Source: Candidatus Parcubacteria bacterium
GTDB lineage: Bacteria > Patescibacteriota > Saccharimonadia > UBA4664 > JBIOIQ01
Length of the DNA stretch: 64,000 nt
Reading direction: 5' to 3'
Assembly: GCA_963718875.1 (NCBI GenBank)
Contig: OY970378.1
Coordinates: 754,433-818,432, forward strand
Part shown: positions 19,499 to 26,652 of the stretch, piece by piece
How the letters are laid out: each line of letters opens with the position of its first letter
Numbering within the stretch: the first letter of the stretch is position 1
Made by a program: the position numbers and the translations under genes
Notes under the pieces: generated by a model
The model's input: the letters and a program-made list of their open reading frames with translations, nothing else
Told to the model about the DNA's origin: nothing
Databases searched by the model: none

Positions 19499-20494
19499 CT
19501 AGCGAGGAGTAACCGCCCGGCGGATGTTACCCACCAAGTCTCCGGCCACCATCTCCGCCGCTAGGCCAACGGCGTTGAAGATAGCACGGCTCGATGCAGA
19601 GCCGTGGCTGATGATGCAGACCCCGTCGACGCCCAACAGAGCGGCGCCGCCGTAGGTGTCGGGGTCAAGCTCAGCTTGCAGAGGCAGGAGAGCCGGCAAC
19701 AGGACCTTGGTGGCCTCGCGAGCCTCCTCAGTTGATGTCATCGCTCGGAGAAGGGCGTCAACAACCACCCGAACGGACCCTTCGAGGGTCTTGAGGACGA
19801 CGTTGCCGGTGAATCCGTCGGTAACCACCACATCGGCCGCGTCAGTCAGGACGTCACGGCCTTCCACGTTGCCTATGAAGCGGCCTACCGATAGGGCGCC
19901 TGCCTCAGCCAGCAGGGCATGCGCCCCTTTGACCAGTTCGTTGCCCTTGCTTTTCTCCTCTCCGATGGAAAGGAGCCCAACGGTCGGCTCGTCCTTGCCC
20001 AGACGCAAAACGGCGTAGGCCGCCCCCATCTGAGCAAACTGCAACAGCCAGGGCGGCGTGCACTCGGCGTTGGCTCCACTGTCGAGGAGGACAGTGGGAC
20101 TGGAGCCGGGTACGGGGAGCATTGTAGCGATAGCCGGACGGGCAACGCCGGCGATGCGACCCATGCGAAGCAAGGCACTAGCCATAGCCGCACCGGTATT
20201 TCCGGCACTCACCATGGCACTGGCTCGCCCGTCGCGTACCGCTTCGGCTGCTCGCACCATACTGGCGTCCTTCTTGCGTCGGACTCCCTGCATGGCATCG
20301 TCACCCATTTCGATGACCTCGCTCGCGGGCCAACATTCGAGATCACCGGTGTGGAGTTCTTGCAATACTTCGGCTTGACCAACCAGAACCACGGGGACGC
20401 CGAACCGCTCTGCGGCCTCGCGGGCACCTGCCACAATCTCTCCGGGGCCTTTGTCACCCCCCATCACGTCTACTGCAATCGGTAGCTCTGGCAT
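19499..20494 (-). CDS. plsX: phosphate acyltransferase PlsX; high-GC island gene
   Basis: PlsX signatures (IAVDVMGGD..., GNTGA, DGFTGNVVLK, ISHGSAS); GC-rich codon usage. Confidence 0.85.
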   Translation of the reverse strand: MPELPIAVDVMGGDKGPGEIVAGAREAAERFGVPVVLVGQAEVLQELHTGDLECWPASEVIEMGDDAMQGVRRKKDASMVRAAEAVRDGRASAMVSAGNTGAAMASALLRMGRIAGVARPAIATMLPVPGSSPTVLLDSGANAECTPPWLLQFAQMGAAYAVLRLGKDEPTVGLLSIGEEKSKGNELVKGAHALLAEAGALSVGRFIGNVEGRDVLTDAADVVVTDGFTGNVVLKTLEGSVRVVVDALLRAMTSTEEAREATKVLLPALLPLQAELDPDTYGGAALLGVDGVCIISHGSASSRAIFNAVGLAAEMVAGDLVGNIRRAVTPR

Positions 20495-20610
20495 TTTCTG
20501 CTCCTTCCGTAGAGCATCGTCGGGACAACAAAAAGGCGCTCACTTTTGATGTGCGCTCACCTTGCGCACAATAATAGCATATGTAAAGGGAAAAACGAAC
20601 TTGATTAAGC

Positions 20611-20650
20611 GATCCTGAAACGACCGTCAGTTGACGGTTCAGGATGACAA
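20611..20650. repeat. 40-bp palindromic repeat element, copy A (GATCCTGAAACGACCGTCAGTTGACGGTTCAGGATGACAA)
   Basis: 39/40 identical to the copy at 39647-39686. Internal palindrome ACCGTCA-GT-TGACGGT. Ends in GGATGACAA, the reverse complement of TTGTCATCC at 19281-19289. Confidence 0.6.
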
Positions 20651-20725
20651 GCAGAATGAAGGGTTGGGAATCTGATGCGCTCAAGGTATAATCATAAACA
20701 GTTTTCTCTTCGTATTTCTAAGTGC

Positions 20726-20799
20726 GGCACCGTGGCGGAGTGGCTACGCAGAGGTCTGCAAAACCTTTTACACCGGTTCAATTCCGGTCGGTGCCTCCA
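20726..20799 (+). tRNA. tRNA-Cys (anticodon GCA)
   Basis: Acceptor GGCACCG/CGGTGCC, anticodon stem GAGGT/ACCTT with loop CTGCAAA, T-arm ACCGG-TTCAATT-CCGGT, CCA encoded. Confidence 0.7.
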
Positions 20800-20855
20800 T
20801 ATTTTTACAAAGTAAAAATATGTCCTGAGCGTAGTCGAAGGACAGAAATTTTCAA

Positions 20856-21104
20856 ATGCGCAAGAACATAGTGGATAAAAGAATTGGTTTTGTAGCTCTT
20901 GTCATGCTACTGACGGGATTAGTCGTTTATTTTGTGGCGCTTTTTCAGGCATACGGCCTAGTAAGTCAGAGCCGAGACAGAGTGATTGCGATTCGTTCAC
21001 TACAAATAATAGAGCTAGTACAGGCCGCGTCCAAAGCCTTAATATTGTTTAGTATCGTGTTGGCTTTTTTTCTATTGATCAAAAATTTAATTTCAAAAAA
21101 ATAA
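20856..21104 (+). CDS. small hypothetical membrane protein
   Basis: 82 aa with two hydrophobic helices. Confidence 0.35.
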   Translation: MRKNIVDKRIGFVALVMLLTGLVVYFVALFQAYGLVSQSRDRVIAIRSLQIIELVQAASKALILFSIVLAFFLLIKNLISKK

Positions 21105-21123
21105 TGGTCTCCGGGGTGGGATT
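21105..21123 (-). other. partial copy of the tRNA-Leu(TAA) 3' end (possible integration scar)
   Basis: Reverse complement AATCCCACCCCGGAGACCA vs the true 3' end AATCCCACCCCGGGCACCA located 147 bp away, same orientation. Confidence 0.4.
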
Positions 21124-21269
21124 GTGGCTAGCGCCACCTTCCTGTGGTGCTCGGCTCAACCTACACTCCTCGCCTGCCTTCCGGCAGGCAGGTCCACCGA
21201 ACCTAAGGTTCTCATCCATCTTTCACGCACCAATGATATTTCCTTAGCTAAAAGCTACGGGAATATCAT

Positions 21270-21354
21270 TGGTGCCCGGGGTGGGATTCGAACCCACAAG
21301 CCAATATGGCAACGGATTTTAAGTCCGTCGTGTATACCGTTCCACCACCCGGGC
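21270..21354 (-). tRNA. tRNA-Leu (anticodon TAA), long variable arm
   Basis: Reverse-complement fold: acceptor GCCCGGG/CCCGGGC, anticodon stem ACGGA/TCCGT with loop CTTAAAA, T-arm GTGGG-TTCGAAT-CCCAC, CCA encoded; 85 nt. Confidence 0.7.
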
Positions 21355-21420
21355 TTGTCAACTTGAAAGCAACTTTGCAATTATACATTATTGCAGCAAG
21401 CGAATCAGGTTTAGTTCGCT

Positions 21421-23046
21421 TTAATTGTGCGGCACGTGGTCGTACAAATGCTTGAGTGAGTATTCTTTGCGTAATAAGCTTTTGAGCCGCTTGGGATCAA
21501 CATCTGTTTTTTTGCCTGGGTTAAAAATGTTGTGAGGGTCGAACAATTGTTTTACCTGGCGAAACAGCTCATACATTTCCTTGCCATACTGCTGCGTTAA
21601 GTAGGGCGAGCGCAAGAGGCCGTCATTATGCTCACCGCTAATACTGCCCCCCATACTTATAACCATGTTGTAAAATTCGTCAGCTAGCTTAAATAGCGCA
21701 GCTTGATCTTTGTCTTTACTAAGGTCCATGAACGGCTGGATGTGGAAATTGGCGTTACCGGCATGTCCCCAGATGGCTATACTTAAACCATGTTTCTTTA
21801 GCAAAGCATAGGTTTTATTTAAAAACAGCTCCAGATGCACTACAGGTACGGTGGCGTCTTCTATAACTGGCAGGGCTTTTTGCTTCCCTTCGGCCATCCA
21901 GATAACAGCAGCCGCGTTGCGACGAATTTTCCACAATTCTTGTTGTTCTGCCGGCTTAACTGCCAATTTTTGGCTTGAGGCGAATTTTTTCATGATTGCC
22001 AGTGCTTGACGGCTTTTTAAGTTTTGTTTGAGGTGGGAGGTGTCGTCAAATTCTACTAGCAGCACGAGACGAGGCAATTGGGCCGGGAGGAGTCCGTCTA
22101 GCCATCCTGGATGATGCTTGCGTAAGTAGTTAAGCAAATGGTAGTCGACCACCTCAACCGCACTGGGACCAAGCTTGCTTAGCCTTAGAACTGCATGGCT
22201 GGCCTTGGCAAGGTCATCAAAAAAACCGACCACAAGCACTGTTTTGGGCAAAAAAGGCAAAGTCTTAAGGCTTACTTCAGTTACTATCCCCAAAGTCCCT
22301 TGCGACCCCGTAATAAGCTGGCTTAAGTCAAACGACCCGTCTTTACGTTTAACTTCGGATAGTGCGTAGCCAGAAGAGTTCTTGCTGGTTTTGGGCATTG
22401 CAGAATGGATGGTGCTTGCATGCTCGACGATGAGCGTATCAAGTTTGCGGTAAATTTCCCCCTCCAAAGTTTTTAAAGATTTTTTTTTGGATAAGGCGCG
22501 CGAAGTAAGCCGCTTGGTTTCTATAGTGCTACCATCGGATAAAACTACCTTCAGCTGTTCTACATATTGCCGAGTAGCCCCATATTTGATGGTCTTTTCC
22601 CCGGCAGCGTTATTGGCTACAGCTCCACCAATAGTAGAAAACTCCAAACTGGCTGGGTAGGGGGGTAAAAAACGGCCGTGACTGTGTAATATTTTTTGCA
22701 ATGATCCATAAGTCATCCCCGGTTGTACCGTAACTGATTTTTTATCATTTTTTAACAATCGGTTCATGTGCGAAGTAAAGGCCATGATAAGACCATCATT
22801 TATAGCCGCCCCGCCTTGGTCTGTACCCTTGCCCCGAGCAGTTATGCTGAGCTTTTTCCCTGAAGCTGCCCGCTCCGCCACAAAACGAACTGTAGCTTGG
22901 ACATCTTGAGTATTCTGAGGATATACCACCCCAGAGGGAGTAATTGTAAAAACACTACCGTCGGTTGAAAAATAGTCTAGAGCGTCTTGGCTATCCGTAA
23001 CTGTTCCTATCAAGTCGTGTTGTAGTTCTTGTAAATAGCTCTTCAT
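21421..23046 (-). CDS. FAD-linked oxidase (D-lactate dehydrogenase / GlcD-like, FAD_binding_4 + C-terminal domain)
   Basis: 541 aa; FAD-binding PCMH-type N-terminal region and GlcD-like C-terminal region. Confidence 0.75.
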   Translation of the reverse strand: MKSYLQELQHDLIGTVTDSQDALDYFSTDGSVFTITPSGVVYPQNTQDVQATVRFVAERAASGKKLSITARGKGTDQGGAAINDGLIMAFTSHMNRLLKNDKKSVTVQPGMTYGSLQKILHSHGRFLPPYPASLEFSTIGGAVANNAAGEKTIKYGATRQYVEQLKVVLSDGSTIETKRLTSRALSKKKSLKTLEGEIYRKLDTLIVEHASTIHSAMPKTSKNSSGYALSEVKRKDGSFDLSQLITGSQGTLGIVTEVSLKTLPFLPKTVLVVGFFDDLAKASHAVLRLSKLGPSAVEVVDYHLLNYLRKHHPGWLDGLLPAQLPRLVLLVEFDDTSHLKQNLKSRQALAIMKKFASSQKLAVKPAEQQELWKIRRNAAAVIWMAEGKQKALPVIEDATVPVVHLELFLNKTYALLKKHGLSIAIWGHAGNANFHIQPFMDLSKDKDQAALFKLADEFYNMVISMGGSISGEHNDGLLRSPYLTQQYGKEMYELFRQVKQLFDPHNIFNPGKKTDVDPKRLKSLLRKEYSLKHLYDHVPHN

Positions 23047-23150
23047 TTTACATTAATCTTAACAATTTTGACCGCGCTAAGCTAGCAAGCGCTCACGAAT
23101 AACGAATTAAGAATAAAGAATAATGTATTTAGTCACTGAGGCGATGTGCC

Positions 23151-23180
23151 CATAATTCATAATTCATAATTCATAATTCG
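23151..23180. repeat. tandem heptanucleotide repeat (CATAATT)x4
   Basis: CATAATTCATAATTCATAATTCATAATTCG read directly, 20 bp upstream of a -35 element. Confidence 0.8.
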
Positions 23181-23202
23181 CAAGAGTTCCCCTATTGACA
23201 GT

Positions 23203-23238
23203 TCGGTTTATGTTCGGTTATAATTTGTCCTAAGGACC
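23203..23238 (+). promoter_or_regulatory. sigma70-like promoter (TTGACA-N17-TATAAT)
   Basis: TTGACAGTTCGGTTTATGTTCGGTTATAATTTG upstream of the 23289 ORF. Confidence 0.5.
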
Positions 23239-23288
23239 AGATTTTAAATTTAAACTGGCCAAATTAATAAAATTATCAGGACCTAATC

Positions 23289-23549
23289 TTGATAAAAGGA
23301 GGTGTCATGAACAAACCCTTAGACATGTTGGTAGAGTTTGATATGAATGGTAATGCCAAGCCGCTGGTAATGCAGTGGCAAGGACGGGGCATTCGCTTCC
23401 GCGAAATTGCCTGGTGCCGCAAAGAATGGCAAGGTAATATTTTGCATCACCTGTTTGGGGTAAGGGACGAGACCAGCCTGTATACTTTAGACTTTAATAC
23501 TGGCACCTGTGATTGGAGCGTCGCCAAAGTCCAACGAGCGGTTGCCTGA
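23289..23549 (+). CDS. hypothetical protein
   Basis: 86-aa track ORF with AAAGGAGG RBS before an internal Met (MNKPLDM). Confidence 0.4.
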   Translation: MIKGGVMNKPLDMLVEFDMNGNAKPLVMQWQGRGIRFREIAWCRKEWQGNILHHLFGVRDETSLYTLDFNTGTCDWSVAKVQRAVA

Positions 23550-23564
23550 CAAGCTTACTTACAT

Positions 23565-23733
23565 ATGTATACTGTTTATGCTCTCCGAAGCCAAGTAAGA
23601 GACTACATATATGTGGGTTTTTCGAATAAATTTAGCCACAGAGTCCATCAACACAACTCTGGCCAATCCAAAGCTACTAGACCTTTTCGTCCTTACACTG
23701 TAATTTATAGCAAGGACTTCCGTCTCGAATAAA
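23565..23733 (+). pseudogene. GIY-YIG nuclease family (UPF0213-like) gene fragment, apparently truncated or frameshifted
   Basis: My translation: MYTVYALRSQVRDYIYVGFSNKFSHRVHQHNSGQSKATRPFRPYTVIYSKDFRLE-stop. GIY...YIG core present, but the C-terminal half continues in another frame (NAREFEKYLKSGVGRQYLRSFET). Confidence 0.4.
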
Positions 23734-23802
23734 TGCTCGGGAGTTTGAAAAATATCTCAAGTCTGGAGTAGGTAGGCAATACTTAAGAAGCTTTGAGACT
23801 TA

Positions 23803-23888
23803 GGGCGAGTGGTGAAATGGTATACACGCTAGATTCAGGTTCTAGTGAGCGCAAGCTCGTGGAGGTTCGACTCCTCTCTCGCCCACCA
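23803..23888 (+). tRNA. tRNA-Leu (anticodon CAG), long variable arm
   Basis: Same acceptor/D-arm as the tRNA at 3878; anticodon stem CTAGA/TCTAG with loop TTCAGGT; T-arm GGAGG-TTCGACT-CCTCT; CCA encoded. Confidence 0.7.
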
Positions 23889-23910
23889 ATTACCACTCAA
23901 ATGTGCTGAA

Positions 23911-23959
23911 AAACGCTAGACCTGCCTGCCGGCAGGTTCGACTCCTCTCCGCGGCACCA
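23911..23959 (+). pseudogene. degenerate pseudo-tRNA-Leu copy immediately downstream of tRNA-Leu(CAG)
   Basis: ACGCTAGA (D-arm end) + CCTGCCTGCCGGCA + GGTTCGACTCCTCTC (T-arm identical to the tRNA) + CGCGGCACCA; anticodon and variable regions deleted. Confidence 0.45.
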
Positions 23960-24045
23960 TAAAAGCTAGTAATATTTTAGAACTTGAGCATGCTAGTCAG
24001 CTAAAACCTGAAATAATTTATAGTTAAAATTAAGATTCAATTAAT

Positions 24046-24942
24046 ATGAGCGTCGAAGAACAGCTAAAAGTTTACTTTGGTCTCAGCAATGTAGTTTGCA
24101 GAGATCTAAACACTTTGGCCAACTATGCCGCTGAAGTAACGACTCCAAGCGGCCACTTTGCCCTTAAACTGTATAATCCAGCCTCTCGAACTGGCAGCGA
24201 AGTCCAATGGGAACTGGATTTAACCCTGCACCTGATAGAAAACAATGTTCCCGTAGCGAAACCCGTTGCCGGAAAAGACGGATATTTGGCGACTTTTATC
24301 GTAGATGGCCAGGAGCGTCCAGCGGTTTTGTTCGAATGGGCGGCAGGCGAAAAACCTAAGCCGAACTTAAGTACCTATAGTTTAATCGGGGGAGCCGCTG
24401 CGCAAATACATAACGCTGCCGATACTTTTACGTCAAAGATATTCCGCGAGAAATACGATGCACACGAACTTATAGACGATCAACTTAAGCGAATTAAAGC
24501 ACCGCTTGAGGAAAGCGGTCAGTGGCAGCGAGTTTTTGAGTTAACAGAACGGATGCGGAAAATTATAATAAACCCTAGCCTCGACTACGGAATTATTCAC
24601 AATGATTTAACACTTGATAATGTCCACCTCAACGGTAATGCAATAACTGTCTTTGACCTGGACAGCGCAGGTGAGTCTTGGCGAGCAGTGGAGCCATGGG
24701 GTGTTCTTAGAGCTTCGGAGGATCGCTTCAGAGCTTGGCTCGAGGGCTACCGCACAATTAGAGAGTTTGGTCAAGACGATGAAAGGGCGGTAGCGGCTTT
24801 TGGAATTGTCGAGGACATTAGAAATGTTGTCTGGAAGCTTGGCTTTGCGAAATCATCGCGCGGGAAACCTTTGATGCAAACAACCGACCTACCGAAGGTA
24901 GTTGATGAATGGATAGAGTGGGAGCTAGAAAAGTCACTTTAG
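24046..24942 (+). CDS. phosphotransferase family protein (APH/ChoK/homoserine-kinase-II-like kinase fold)
   Basis: Brenner motif HNDLTLDNVHL and a DLD metal-binding motif. Confidence 0.65.
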   Translation: MSVEEQLKVYFGLSNVVCRDLNTLANYAAEVTTPSGHFALKLYNPASRTGSEVQWELDLTLHLIENNVPVAKPVAGKDGYLATFIVDGQERPAVLFEWAAGEKPKPNLSTYSLIGGAAAQIHNAADTFTSKIFREKYDAHELIDDQLKRIKAPLEESGQWQRVFELTERMRKIIINPSLDYGIIHNDLTLDNVHLNGNAITVFDLDSAGESWRAVEPWGVLRASEDRFRAWLEGYRTIREFGQDDERAVAAFGIVEDIRNVVWKLGFAKSSRGKPLMQTTDLPKVVDEWIEWELEKSL

Positions 24943-24962
24943 TTTAAGGGATTTTGAAGCAA

Positions 24963-24990
24963 TTGTCAGCTGACTGTTTTAGGATGACAA
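24963..24990. repeat. degenerate third copy of the 40-bp palindromic element
   Basis: TTGTCAGCTGACTGTTTTAGGATGACAA vs consensus CGTCAGTTGACGGTTCAGGATGACAA. It keeps the GTCAG..CTGAC palindrome and the GGATGACAA terminus. Confidence 0.3.
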
Positions 24991-24999
24991 TAAAACTAG

Positions 25000-25806
25000 T
25001 TAAATATCTAGTGTCACGCTGACCGGGGCGTGATCAGAGCCCATAACATCAGGATGGATCTTGGCCTCGACAACCTTTGATTTGAGGGAGGCTGAAACCA
25101 TAACATAATCAATCCGCCAGCCAACATTATTGGCACGGGCATTAGCCCATTGAGTCCACCAGCTGTAATGGCCGGAACCTTGGGTAAATATACGGAAGCT
25201 ATCTACGAAGCCAGCCTTGAGAAAGTTCTCAAATCCTTTACGCTCTTCCATCGTAAAGCCTTTTTTTCCTTCGTTGGGTTTGGGCCGAGCTAGGTCGTCT
25301 GACGTGTGGGCAACATTAAGATCGCCGCAAAAGATTACAGGCTTGGTTTTTTCTAGCTCTTTGCAATAAGCCAAAAAGGCTGGGTCCCAGTGGTCGTGCC
25401 GTAGCGGTATACGGCTTAAATCGTCTTTGGAATTTGGCGTGTAAACCGTAATCAAATAAAATTTATCAAATTCAGCAGTTAAAACTCTCCCCTCCCGGGC
25501 TGCGTCGCGAGTTTGGCCATCAACAAAACTGTATTTATTGGCAAAGCTATCAGGAAAGCCTTTTATAACTTTGAGAGGCTTGGTTTTACTCAAAATGCCT
25601 GTACCGGAGTAGCCGGCTTTGTCGGCCGAGTTCCAGTACTGACTATACCCGGGTAGGTTAAGTACTGATTGCTCCTCTGTGGCCTTAGTCTCTTGTAGAC
25701 AAACTATGTCGGGCTGCTCGCCTTCAATGAATGGTTTCCACAGCTCTTTGCGTACCACAGCCCGAATACCATTAACGTTCCATGAATAAAGTTTAATTTT
25801 TGCCAT
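25000..25806 (-). CDS. xth: exodeoxyribonuclease III
   Basis: MAKIKLYSWNVNGIRA... and the full EEP-fold ExoIII motif set (..QETK.., ..GDLNVAH.., ..SDHAPV..). Confidence 0.85.
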   Translation of the reverse strand: MAKIKLYSWNVNGIRAVVRKELWKPFIEGEQPDIVCLQETKATEEQSVLNLPGYSQYWNSADKAGYSGTGILSKTKPLKVIKGFPDSFANKYSFVDGQTRDAAREGRVLTAEFDKFYLITVYTPNSKDDLSRIPLRHDHWDPAFLAYCKELEKTKPVIFCGDLNVAHTSDDLARPKPNEGKKGFTMEERKGFENFLKAGFVDSFRIFTQGSGHYSWWTQWANARANNVGWRIDYVMVSASLKSKVVEAKIHPDVMGSDHAPVSVTLDI

Positions 25807-25873
25807 TGGCTTGTATTATAGGGCAAGACACTAGATACAAGAAGCAAGACCAGCTAAAAATCTGGTTAGTTTT

Positions 25874-25907
25874 CGGATCCGGAGTGGCTAAAGCCTTTTG
25901 GTCCTGG
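25874..25907. repeat. 34-bp junction motif shared (inverted, 30/34 identical) with 39596-39629
   Basis: CGGATCCGGAGTGGCTAAAGCCTTTTGGTCCTGG vs the reverse complement of the 39.6 kb copy CGGATCCGGAGCGGCTAAAGCCTTCCGGTCCGGG. Confidence 0.5.
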
Positions 25908-25970
25908 ACGACAAAGTGATGAAGGGCGGTCGCTTGCGAGCGACCGCCCTTCCGGAGCAGATCCGACAGG

Positions 25971-26312
25971 TCAGCCCACCGGAACAAAGACACAGCTGAA
26001 ACCATTCAGGAGCGCGCTGCTGACGATCACCGTCCCGTTCTGGATCCTGACAGCCGGGTCGTCAAACATTTCGGTACCTTCAGAGGTTTCGACGCTGAGG
26101 CGGACGCAGTTTGGCGTCCTGATGACAGTCACTTCTACAACCGTCGCGAACGAGATTCTTGATCCGGCGGCAGCACCCGCAACAGTGGCGACGATCGTAA
26201 CCTCTTCTTGAAGGAGAGCCGACTTGATCGCCCTGATGACTTCTTTGTGCTCTCGGTCCGAGCCTTGTAGCCGTAATTCCTCCAAGTAGGGCTCAGTGGC
26301 TTGGGTGGGCAT
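25971..26312 (-). CDS. hypothetical protein, high-GC island gene
   Basis: 113-aa GC-rich ORF. It is followed on its 3' side by a perfect 13-bp-stem hairpin (GAAGGGCGGTCGC-TTGC-GAGCGACCGCCCTTC, 25921-25953). Confidence 0.45.
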   Translation of the reverse strand: MPTQATEPYLEELRLQGSDREHKEVIRAIKSALLQEEVTIVATVAGAAAGSRISFATVVEVTVIRTPNCVRLSVETSEGTEMFDDPAVRIQNGTVIVSSALLNGFSCVFVPVG

Positions 26313-26652
26313 TGGGTTCTCCTTCGAAGGTAGGGCGGTTATCGCCGGTCGTGACAGTCAATCTCCGCATTAGGCTTTGGTTAGCCTGCAGTTGTTATAT
26401 TCTGGCATTTGCGCTTTAAAAAGTCAAAAATCGAATCAAAGTCTTTTATTGTGTGATTTGTGACGACTGATATTATTTATAGGATTTATTGGCTTGCCTA
26501 CCTTACCCCGCTTTTTTGTATAAGGCGAAAGTCGACTTAAATTAAGCGTTTTGAATAGGTCGACTATCGCCTTATAGTACATAAATGAACAAGTATGACT
26601 ATCTTAAATTAAAAGAGTTTTTCTTCAATAAATCTAACTAGTTATGAGCCGG

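Noticed and set aside
18250-20485. Numerous 60-190-aa ORFs on both strands inside the Clp_N and plsX genes (e.g. 18250..18597, 19656..20018, 19919..20485, 20058..20378, 20209..20457)
   Set aside because: Typical stop-codon-poor shadow frames of GC-rich DNA. Translations are Arg/Ala/Pro/Ser-rich with no motifs. The Clp_N and PlsX frames carry clear family signatures.
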